Assembly (NCBI GenBank): GCA_000934665.2 | Contig: JYFJ02007352.1 | Coordinates: 1-32,457 of the forward strand | Source: Catajapyx aquilonaris | Lineage: Eukaryota | DNA: 32,457 nucleotides | Direction: 5' to 3' | Shown: one piece after another, positions 1 through 9,489 of the stretch | Position numbering within the stretch: the stretch's first letter is position 1 | How the letters are laid out: each line of letters starts with the position of its first letter | The notes under the pieces: generated by a model | Database searches by the model: none | The model's input: the letters and a program-made list of their open reading frames with translations, nothing else | Told to the model about the DNA's origin: nothing | Made by a program: the position numbers and the translations under genes

Positions 1-1579
1 TCGTAGAGCAGATATTTTACATGTAATAGTTCATGATCGATAGAATGCTACACACAATTGCCCACTAACGCCACCATGCGGTTAGTGCTCTGGCCAGTCC
101 CATTGGGTAATCACTTGACAGAAAAGTGTACACTGGAGTACCAAATTCGAGGAGTAATAAAGAGTGAGGTTCGCCTGGTTTTCCGATTCCATGGTTCAAT
201 TATTATTGGTAGGCCTCCCACTGGCAGTGCCTTTGAACCCCTTTCGCAAGTCTGCCATTGGACATTTGTGGGGTGTTAATTGGGTTAAAACCAGACTTAG
301 GTCAACATCAGAATAGAAGCTTGCACATCGCTGGAGGTGGCCCATCTGAAATGGCAAAAAAGGTAGAACTTGAGTAACTACCGGTCTGTGATGACCTGTT
401 GACCCCGACGCAGGGCACACAGCAACACTGCTGCCCCCATCAGGACCTGATTAACCAAGAAGCATTCGCGTAAAAATATGTGGTGCACTTCGTTTGAAGT
501 CGAGAGTGCCGTGCGTTTCAAAATTAGCTCATTAATATCGGGTTAAACGCCGCGGCTTGTTCTGAATCACATTGGTACAGTATTGTAACCTTACACTTTC
601 AACCTAATAACCCCAAATTTTAGTCGGTCACAAGGACCCTGCTATTTATCTCCTTCTCCTCTCCTTCACTACGTTTCAACCATGTTTCAACAGCCTTTGA
701 AAATGTGAGCTAAGTTATGAAACACACGGTAAAAGCTCGTCTAATGCGCCGTTGCGTCAAAAAAAAGAGAAGCGCATGCCCTGTGAGTAAACCTAATCTT
801 TAATGCACTTAGCTTAACCCCACGCGCCGCCCCGGGGCCAAACTGGAAACCCGGAGGTGTACCCGTCTCTTCCGCCCATCTTGTAATTAGGAATCAAGAT
901 GGCGTCTTTTCTAGCCTTCTCCCCGCTTCGATGATGCTTCAATGCCGCCATCTTTTTTTATTGGCTAGCCTCGCACACCAGCTCCTATCGCCCTTGCCAT
1001 GTACATAAATTTCCAACCAAGCCAGATCTCGCCCTCAGCTCGGCCCCGCGGAGCTCAACGATACTCTTGTAGCCTCTAACTATAGTCTAACGCCATGTCC
1101 GCCCCCCAGGCAAGCTGACTGCGAATAAAAAAGGTGACATACCACCTACCTACTTAGATTGGCCGATTTGGCCCAAGGTTAGCGGTGTCAACCATCGACC
1201 CCGGGTTCATTGGCCCAGTGTGACAGGGGTTCCTGCCCCTCTGTTGGCCACCAACCCAGAAGTCATTGGCCCCGAGGCTAGGAGGGGGTCACTGATCGCT
1301 AACAGGCGCCTCCGACTCGCCTGGGACCGCACACGCACAGATGAAAGGGGTGAATTCTGTCTGTCCCGCCCAGCTATTATCTGCCGCTTCCTCGGTAATC
1401 ATTGGTCAGAAAGACCGCGCAACTAGCCCGTAGCCCTGACGTCACCAGATCTGCCGCAAAATGGCTACTTTTCGGGTTTTAAAAATAATATCAAAAATTA
1501 TATTTTTAAAATACATCAGATGACATCAGTTACAGTTATATACCTGCAGACAAACACGAATGATCCTAATTAATCTAAT

Positions 1580-1621
1580 CGTCGTGGTAAACCTACTTTC
1601 GAGAGTAGGTTTACCACGACG
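1580..1621. repeat. 42-bp near-perfect palindrome
   Basis: CGTCGTGGTAAACCTACT-TTCGAG-AGTAGGTTTACCACGACG. The 18-bp arms are exact reverse complements, with one mismatched pair near the centre. Confidence 0.97.
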
Positions 1622-1683
1622 CAGTTTCATCGCTCGACCTATCGCGAAGATCTTCTTCGCGATAGGTCGAGCGATGAAACTGC
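1621..1683. repeat. 63-bp perfect inverted repeat (30-bp arms, 3-nt spacer)
   Basis: GCAGTTTCATCGCTCGACCTATCGCGAAGA-TCT-TCTTCGCGATAGGTCGAGCGATGAAACTGC. Confidence 0.97.
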
Positions 1684-1835
1684 TCCGGGCACCACTGCAT
1701 CAGGCTCTCTGGTTATGAATGTTACTTGATGTTACCAAGAGATGGCAGCAATAGTGTCGTCTGTTACTAATGGCATCAGTTCTGTTACAACAGTTAGACC
1801 AAATAATATTGCGGTTTTGATTAGGATGATAAGAG

Positions 1836-2196
1836 CAAAAACATCCCCTTCAGTGAAAAAAAGGCTAGTAATTAAGACCTCCGCGGCGGAATGGAAGTAC
1901 TGAAACAAGGCAGGCGCACGTAAGACCTTCACCAATTGATTTAAGCTGTATACCATAGGTCTTACTCAAGCAATTACCAATTTACTACTCATGAAATCTC
2001 CTTTCTGAAAACCATTTGTGGAATTTGCGTTATACTACTAGTTACTTCTAACTTAGCAGTACCAGTGTAGTGCAATGGCACTGCTACATTACCAGTAACT
2101 ATAACGAAAATTCCACCCATTAATTTTCCATGAGCCACTCCATATTAGCGTTTTATGAAATTAGGAACTTCAATATTAAGCACATTGAATTTCTAT
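1836..2196 (+). repeat. Unclassified interspersed repeat, copy A
   Basis: Reverse complement of 3417-3770 over most of its length (2124-2196 vs 3417-3489 match at 72/73). Its first ~140 bp are also a direct repeat of copy B. Confidence 0.9.
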
Positions 2197-2748
2197 TTTA
2201 AGGGCGATAGCTCTTAAGTAAGACCGTAGCGTAGATTTCAACAATGTTTCAACAATGAATTTTTCCTACTTCTTCTTCTTCTTCTTCTTGTGGTTACGTT
2301 TTTTTTATTCGCCATAACTCAAGTTCTGCTGTAGGTAGAGCTTCCAAATTTTGAACACAGATCCCCACCGTCGTGACTTGATTTCCTACCATTTACACTT
2401 TTACTTAATTCCTCTTCAAAACGCCGCAAAAAATTTTAAACCACCAAAAAATACGTCTCAATTTTTTTGCTCAGTAACTATTCTGAATTTGGTTTCTTCG
2501 TCAAAGGGCCGAAGGTGCAGTGGGATGGTGCGGATCTATGTTCAAAATCTCACAGTTCCCACTGCTACAGGATTGGAGCTGTGATTTTTTTACCTCGTAT
2601 TTTTTCTGTCATTACTTCATTTGTTCATGACGCCATCACCTAGAAACGTCAGTTGTTGTTTACCACCTCATATATTGTTGTGGGTCAAAGGAGGACAAGA
2701 TGAGCGACGCCGAGTCGTACTGTCGCCGTTGGGTTTTCACCCAACTTT
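2196..2748 (+). mobile_element. Probable non-autonomous Helentron/DINE-1-like (HINE) element
   Basis: Starts in a T-run with a 5' hairpin TTAAGGGC-GATA-GCTCTTAA (2198-2217). Contains (CTT)7 and an internal inverted repeat (2348-2369 vs 2527-2548, 20/22). Ends with an imperfect subterminal IR (2200-2211 vs 2719-2730, 9/12), a 3' stem-loop GTTGGGT-TTTC-ACCCAAC (2728-2745) and then TTT. No TSD. The classification is by structure only. Confidence 0.6.
2269..2289 (+). repeat. (CTT)7 microsatellite
   Basis: Read directly; lies inside the DINE-like element. Confidence 0.95.
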
Positions 2749-3012
2749 AATGTACCTTTGTGTTTTTTGTATCGTCTGGTACAGTTCTCAATGTTCCGTA
2801 TATTTTAGCGTATAGGCTATTTCATAATAATTAAATCAGACTAACCGTTGGCTGGTAGCACTCCTCTTTCGTTTTTTTTACGACTGTCTCTGTGCAAATA
2901 ATTTTAGGGACTTCTAAGCCACGAAAATTGTCTCCAATGCATTCATAGTGCAGACTGTATAGTGTAGACACTGTAGAGCATAAGTTACGTGTACTGTCAA
3001 AAAAGCACTGAA

Positions 3013-3152
3013 ATTATATCAAAAACTTTCCCTTCAGTAAAAAAAGAGAAGTAAGACTTCCGCGGCGGAATAAAAGTACTGAAACAAGGCAGGCGCACGT
3101 AAAACCTTCACCAATTGATTTAAGCTGTGCCATAGGTCTTACTCAAGCAATT
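3013..3152 (+). repeat. Unclassified interspersed repeat, truncated copy B
   Basis: ATCAAAAACTTTCCCTTCAGTAAAAA...CCGCGGCGGAAT...GGTCTTACTCAAGCAATT. Same orientation as copy A and inverted relative to 3637-3776. Confidence 0.9.
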
Positions 3153-3416
3153 CTCAAGTCCGGTAGGGTATGGAATGGCTCGTAAAATGACTGCAGCAAA
3201 CTACTCAGAGCAGTAGGTAGGATTTTATTATGAAAAGAAAAAAATGGGGGGAAAACTAAACCCATCCTAACAGACTTGGTCCAATCGAAAAAGACCCTCT
3301 AAAATTCACCAATTAACGTTTATATGTGAAAAATTAAACGTTAGAGTTAAAATGAGCATCTAAAAGAGGTGACGATTCTGCATGAATGTTTCATGGCAAT
3401 AATTAGCACTAATCGC

Positions 3417-3776
3417 ATAGAAATTCAATGTTCTTAATATTGAAGTTCCTAATTTCATAAAACGCTAATATGGAGTGGCTCATGGAAAACTAATACTGCC
3501 AATAAGAGCTAAGATACTGCTAACTTAGTAGTACCATTGCACTACACTGGTACTGCTAAGTTAGAAGTAACTAGTAGTACAACAGAAATTCCACAGATTT
3601 GTTTCAGAAAGGAGACTTCATGAGCAGTGAATTGGAAATTGCTTGAGTAAGACCTATGGTACAGCTTAAATCAATTGGTGAAGGTCTTACGTGCGCCTGC
3701 CTTGTTTCAGTACCTTCATTCCGCCGCGGAGGTCTTACTTCTCTATTTTTACTGAAGGGAAAGTTTTTGATCTAAT
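3417..3776 (-). repeat. Unclassified interspersed repeat, copy C (inverted)
   Basis: Reverse-complement match to copies A and B, sharing the same terminus (...ACTGAAGGGAAAGTTTTTG). Confidence 0.9.
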
Positions 3777-3889
3777 ATGATTCAACAATATTGTTTATGT
3801 TGATAGGCCTATATTATACCTTTGTTCATTTTTGTCCCATTAAGGAACGATACATCTCATCGCAAATGGTATGTGCCCGCGTCGCTTGT

Positions 3890-3990
3890 TGGCAACACAA
3901 GGGCAACACTGCCTGGTGTCCTGGGTGTGTCTGTGTGTGTGTGGGTTTCTGTGTCTGTTGGCAGCCCTGCGGGAGAGGGCAAGATGGCGC
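3890..3990 (+). promoter_or_regulatory. Candidate ADAL core promoter/5' UTR
   Basis: Two GGCAACAC motifs (3891-3898, 3902-3909) and a YY1-type AAGATGGCG overlapping the start codon, at the beginning of a GC-rich first-exon region. TSS is not determinable. Confidence 0.4.
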
Positions 3991-4088
3991 GTATGTCGGC
4001 GGTGTCTGCGGATCACGGCTCCTGGATGGGGCTGCAGGCCTCCGTCGACCCAACAGTGGTGGCCCTCGCCAGGGGGATGCCCAAAGTG
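3984..4088 (+). CDS. ADAL: ADAL coding exon 1 (MARMSAVS...ALARGMPKV)
   Basis: ATG lies in the context caagATGGcg. The exon ends at PKV followed by donor GTGAGT (4089). In-frame Met codons downstream make the exact start less certain than the 3' boundary. Confidence 0.85.
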
Positions 4089-6322
4089 GTGAGTCTCGCC
4101 CTCTCTGCCCCGGCCCCACCCTGCGTCGCCATCGCCCACTCCTGCCCACCGCACACACGCATCCACACCCACACTATACCCAGCTCTCTGTGGGACACGG
4201 GCGGGGGAGGGGGGGTGGTGGGGAACCTGTCACCCTTCCCGTTCTTCTATTCCCAACTTGCATTGTGACAATGAGGAGGCACCTGAATGCTGTTGTTTTT
4301 ACGCCATGTGGGTTCATGCTGTATTTCTATTGACAGGAGCTGCACGCCCATCTGAATGGATCTATCAGCCGGGCAATGCTGCAGGAGCTGGCCACGGAGA
4401 AAGGACAGAGCTGGAATCTAGAACAATGCATGAACATGAAGGAGTAAGTTGGACTAGAAAAACTTATTGGGGGAATTGCTACCAAATTGGCCTGGTATTA
4501 TTTGAAGGAGCAAGTCAGGTGCAAGTGTCTTCCTAAATATTACAATGGGGACGTGTGCCATGTGTGAACATACAATGTGGCCTACTCTAGATGTAGTGCC
4601 GTCCGTGCACTAGGTCAACATTGATTACGGTACCATGCAGCACCAACATCTACTTCCATCCTATAAATTCCAGAAGATAAGTTTTTCTAGCCAATTAGAC
4701 CAGTTATCCAGCAATGATTTGCGGGACTTACATGTAGTTTTAGGAAAATTCTAGCAAAACATGAGTCTCGTGCCTTTCCCATGGGAAGTGTTAGGTAGTA
4801 GGACAAATTCGGATTTGTGAGCATGACATCATGTAAAGGTTCTCAGGAGTTATGGAAAGTTGTTTTTTTTTCATGTGCACGTCTTTAGAAAGCAAACAAA
4901 TGCTTTGTGCAACTAAAGACTGTACAGTACAATTATCCACAATTATTATACTACTAATCATCTCACCCTGCATATAAGATATTTTCCTCTTTTACTGTTT
5001 TCATAGCTAGACTGATTTTGCTGCTGTACTACTGCTCTCTTAATCTCAACAGATGCTTCAAAATATTTGATGTGGTACACAACTTGGTAACTGATGAATC
5101 ATCACTTTATCGCGCCACAACCAGCGTCATTCAAGACTTTGCAAATGATGGTGTCAAGGTCCTGGAGTTACGGACCACTCCAAGAGACACAGGCCTCTTG
5201 GACCGAGACAAATATCTGGATACAGTCTTGCTTGCCATACAAGACTGGGCCAAGGCCCATTCTTCTCCCCGGTTGCGTCTGCTTGTGTCCCTGAACCGAT
5301 CTGCAACTCTGGAAGAATCTCAGGCCAACATGGCTGCTGCAGAGAAGGCCAGGGCTTCCTGCCCTCATATTGTGGTTGGGTATGACCTGAGTGGGGATCC
5401 CAGCAAAGGAAATCTGGCACATGTGCAGTCCCTTCTGTCATTTCTTGATGAGGGGCGAAGGAAGCTGGATATGAAGGCAACGCTGCATGTGGCAGAGATA
5501 CCTTCCCAAGGGGAGGAGGAGTGCAGGCACATGCTTGGCTTCAGGCCAGACAGACTTGGTCATGCCACTTTCCTCTGTGATATGGAAGAGCTGTGGAACC
5601 AATATCGTCAGGTCCCAGTCCCAGTAGAGGTTTGCATATCCTCCAATGTGATGACTGGGACTATTGGCGACATGATGACCCACCACGTGAAGAAATTCAA
5701 TGACATAGGACTACCTTATGCTATTAGTGTGAGTATGGAATAGTGTGGCTGAATATCTTGCAGAGGTATCTTTCAGTTTCAATAATGAGTATGACAGAAT
5801 AAATGTGGACATAATTCATGTATGATAACTTGATATCTTAAAGTGCACTGGGCACTACTGAGAGTGTAAAAGATAAGTAACAGTGTGGATCAAAAGCAAG
5901 TGGGACATTATGAAATTGTAGCACTGACTCAGTCAAACAAATTCAGCCTTGCTTGTTTGTGTGTTTGTTTGAGCGGAAAGGAGTCAAAGCAATTGTGGCT
6001 ACCTATCTAATGGCAGATACAAAGGTGGGACAGACGGAGACAGAAACAAGGAGAAAAGAGAAGCGAGGAAACACTGGTAGGAAAGGCTATCTAGCTTATC
6101 CCATCTCTATTTCAGACTGATGATGCTGGTGTGTTTGGGACGTGCTTGTCAAGAGAATACGAGCTAGCATCAGTGATCCTAAGCTGGACACCGCAGCAAC
6201 TTCACGAGAGCAGCGCCTCTGTTATTCAGTGGAGTTTCCTGACCAGCAAGGAAAAGGAGGAGGTCATGCTTGAGTTTGACCAGTGGTGGAAGAAAGAGGG
6301 CAATGCAATCATGAAGAGGTGA
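3984..6322 (+). CDS. ADAL: Adenosine deaminase-like protein (N6-methyl-AMP deaminase family), 4 coding exons: join(3984..4088,4337..4443,5053..5728,6116..6322), 364 aa
   Basis: The spliced translation gives MPKV|ELHAHLNGSIS, DFANDGVKVLELRTTP, GYDLSGDP, LHVAEIP, PDRLGHATFL, VEVCISSN and S|TDDAGVF. These match the ADAL-subfamily metal-binding and catalytic motifs in order. All three introns are GT-AG with compatible phases (0,2,0), and the total of 1095 nt is divisible by 3. Confidence 0.95.
4337..4443 (+). CDS. ADAL: ADAL coding exon 2 (ELHAHLNGSISRAMLQELAT...)
   Basis: Acceptor ttgacAG at 4335-4336, HxH zinc-binding motif, donor GTAAGT at 4444. This frame is not shown in the ORF track. Confidence 0.95.
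5053..5728 (+). CDS. ADAL: ADAL coding exon 3 (catalytic core)
   Basis: Lies inside ORF 5018..5743. Acceptor caacAG at 5051-5052, donor GTGAGT at 5729. Contains the ELRTTP, DLSGDP, LHVAE and RLGH motifs. Confidence 0.96.
6116..6322 (+). CDS. ADAL: ADAL coding exon 4 (TDDAGVFGTCLSREY...stop)
   Basis: Acceptor tttcAG at 6114-6115, conserved TDDxGVF motif, TGA at 6320-6322. Confidence 0.95.
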   Translation, partial: TDDAGVFGTCLSREYELASVILSWTPQQLHESSASVIQWSFLTSKEKEEVMLEFDQWWKKEGNAIMKR

Positions 6323-7914
6323 AGGTAGGAATTGTGATCATTGTGGAGTCTCACAGGGAAAGTGACACACTGTTCGATGCAGATGTTTGCTGGGAGTGTC
6401 AAGTATAATTTGCATGAAAATGGATATTTTGATAACTTTGCTGCATGAACATCAGGGCCTCTCTTGATTCCATGCAGGCTTCCATGTAATGTCAGCAAAC
6501 ACTCCATAAGTGGTAATGAGAAGCATGTAAAGCATTTATTTCTTCATGTTTAAAATTTAACTCTTCCAGACTTGCCCCAACATTTCCTGAAATTTATCAT
6601 GATTCCTAGACTTCTTTTATCTTAACAAGCTGTGCACTAAAATTTGCTTCCTGCTCAAAGATTATGCATACCATAATTTCAATTCCAATTATACAATAGA
6701 CATGCCCTGCAGCGTAACTTACACATATTGGTGGTTAATGGGTTCCATGTAGTAAAACTTTCAGTCGTCTCAGTTGTCTGCTCTTTAGAAAGTTGCACAC
6801 ATGTTTTTCTATTAGACTCTAGGAGCATTCCCAGTCACTACTACAAGTAGGTTAGCTGATAGGACCTCGAGGCATGCACATTGAACTTATGACTGGTGAT
6901 GAATTCAGTGAAAAACCAGGAGGTCCTTGAATAAAGCACACTAGTATGGTAGGATATCAATTAGGTTTTATGACACTCCTAACCCTGCCCTAGTGATGTT
7001 GAATCATGAAGAAGATTCTTAGATGTTGGATTTCAGTGGTCACTCGTTTCTCATCTTTCAGTTGTTGGATCTGAGACCCAAGGAATGGTGCTGCTTTGAT
7101 ATATTTACTGATAAATCTGGATTACGTGTGCCCAGGATGCAATCACATGCATTAAGAAGCGTATTGGAGTGTGAATACCAATTCAAACTCTTCACATCGA
7201 GTGTGAAACTGTACTTTTTAACTAGTGCACAATAATTTTATTTGGAATAAGTAAACTGCCATTGTACCTGCTTGGTTGATTGTATGGAGGTTTTATGGTG
7301 CAACAGCCACTGTACCTGATGAGAGTTGAACTATTTTGGGGTGGATTCTGTTTTTGATCCATGCCATGTTGTCAGTGCTGGAAGCTTACTGCCAATGATG
7401 ATTGAAAGTGTAGGGAGGGAGGAAATTTCATTGCCCATTAGACGTCACTGGCACTGCAGGTTACTGCAATGGAGTAACCATGGATTTTCTTGCTTCTATA
7501 CTACATAGATGGTTGATGTCAGAGTTTAAACTACATCAGGAACCTGCTGCAGGCTGCCTGCGCCAAGTTCGCAATGTAATCATGAGAAGTTCTGCGCGAA
7601 CCAACAAAGGGGAATCCTTGAATCCTCCCTTTGTGTGATTGACCCTTATGTTTGCAGTTCTGCTGTAACCTTATAGTGCACAATGTGAATCATGACAATG
7701 CCAGGCCTAATTGTGCATCTGTAGGATGCTGGAAACCAAAAGAGAATTGAACCCTGTCGTCTTCCTTCTTTAAAATACTGTAGTCACATTCCTTGAATGA
7801 AGAGGGACTGGTGCAACCAGAGTGTAACCTGCTGAAGTAGCCTTGTGTAGGCCTTCTGCATAATGAATGGTGTGTGGCATCCATAGTAAAGGAAAGGAGA
7901 AACTGTTCCAACTT

Positions 7915-7920
7915 TTTATT
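7915..7920 (-). terminator. Candidate Sema1a polyadenylation signal (AATAAA on - strand)
   Basis: TTTATT on +, about 1.4 kb past the stop codon, at the edge of the homopolymer-rich UTR-like block. Confidence 0.45.
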
Positions 7921-9317
7921 TCATCATTGCATAGTTTTGAATTATTTACATTGGGGAATTAAAGGAATGGATCTAGGAGGATATTTGGAAAAGACAAAAC
8001 GAACCAAGGCGACCCGACAAACGGAACGAAATGGCCCTCCACCCCAATCCCCCCTCCCATGTCCCCCTACCCACAAAAATTCCATTGGAAACATTCATAA
8101 TCCCACCCAAAATTTTCATCTCCCACCCTGTCCCATTTCTAATAGAAGTTTCTCTTTTTTTCCCAATGCATAGTGTCCGCCCCAACATGGATTTAAAAAA
8201 AAAAAGGGAAAAAAGTCGGTCTCCGGTTTGGACGGCCCCGGGCCGCTTTTGTCTCGGGGGCTTTTGCATAGTTGCCTCTGCCCTCCCCTCCCCACACCAC
8301 CCCTTCCCCCACCTTCCCCATCCCACTCCCTCCCACCCCCTTCCTATGCTCGTCACCATAAACATCACTCAGGGTGGGGGAGGTGAGGAGGGGGAGAGGG
8401 GGGGAAACTTAGTGAGGAAGAGGCTTTTCTCTCACACACTGCTCACATGCACTTGCACACACACACATATTCACAGCAAATTTACTCAAGCTCATTCTCT
8501 CTCTTACACACACTCTGAATAATAACTGACTTATTGACTTTTTGCACTCTGAGCCGGCCTGCTGACCGGAGCCTCAGAAGCGCCAGCTGCCTCCTCATGT
8601 TGTACGCTTAAAAAATTGGGGGGGAAATCAAGGAAGGAACCAAAAAATGTCCTTGGCGCCATGGAAGCCTTGGCTCCGAATCACCCACGATGCTGCTGTC
8701 TATACACCGTTGCACAGTATTTTTTTTTTGTCCTTTCACTTTTTTATGCAAATGTCCATACTACTTCAGTCTGTCTCCACACGCACACATTTACACTAAT
8801 ATCGCAGCTTTGAAGATCCCTGGCTGGGGTTCTTATTATCCTCTTCGTCCTGCCCTCCACCAACCCTCCACTAAAAGAGCGAGTCTTGGCCAACAGAATA
8901 AAGAAACGTCCTGGGCGGGTCTCTCCTCTAAAATTATCATTTGCGTAAGAAACATTGGCAACAACAGAAGCGCTCGCACTCTCATTCACTCCCCTTTTTC
9001 TCACACGTTTTGTACAAAAAAAAAGAGAAAAAATTCTATGCTGGAAACAGTCTCATATGCATCTATGTCAAGTGTGAAATGTGTAAAAACCAAGTCCTCT
9101 TCATGGCAGCGAGATATTGCACTTTAAAAACATGGCCCCCTCCCCCAGGGATTTTCAAAGCGCCTGTTTCTTATTATTCTGTTCTCAGCGTCTTTGCAAA
9201 GTCGATGGCTATTGCTGGCTGGGCTGCCCTCCTCATTCGTTAGCTTCTCTTGCAAAAATCGGTGGGCTCTGTGTCCTCCCTCCCTTGCGCTCTTCTGTCG
9301 CATTGCTGTCATGTCCA

Positions 9318-9489
9318 CTATAAGTAGATCTTCTTGACCTTATGAGGGGGCGGCTTGGAGGCAGTGTCCTGCGCTGAGTTTGCCGTCTTAGGCAGCGTCT
9401 TAGGCGCCATGTTGAGCACCAGGTTGATGTTTTTGTTATTGGCTGCTGGCATGTACGCCTCTCCACCCATCAGGGATGCCTCCTGCAGC
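9318..9489 (-). CDS. Sema1a: Sema1a coding exon 11 (cytoplasmic tail, stop)
   Basis: NNKNINLVLNM...KTANS...KVKKIYL*. Acceptor ccatAG, TAG at 9320-9318. Confidence 0.92.

Noticed and set aside
1..460. Possible tail of another hairpin-ended repeat (ATCAGG-A-CCTGAT at 439-451)
   Set aside because: The hairpins are too short to distinguish from chance, and the other end would lie outside the window.
1580..1683. Interpretation as a CRISPR repeat, rho-independent terminator or endogenous parvovirus terminus
   Set aside because: Eukaryotic context, no repeat-spacer array, no U-tract, no closing stem and no NS1/capsid ORF nearby. Retained only as an unexplained double palindrome.
3791..4333. Overlapping 110-180 aa ORFs on both strands
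   Set aside because: A by-product of the GC-rich ADAL first exon and intron. Only 3984-4088 fits the spliced protein.
7316..7345. CTGATGA hammerhead-like core (also at 17454-17460 on - strand)
   Set aside because: No stem II followed by GAAA, and no flanking helices.
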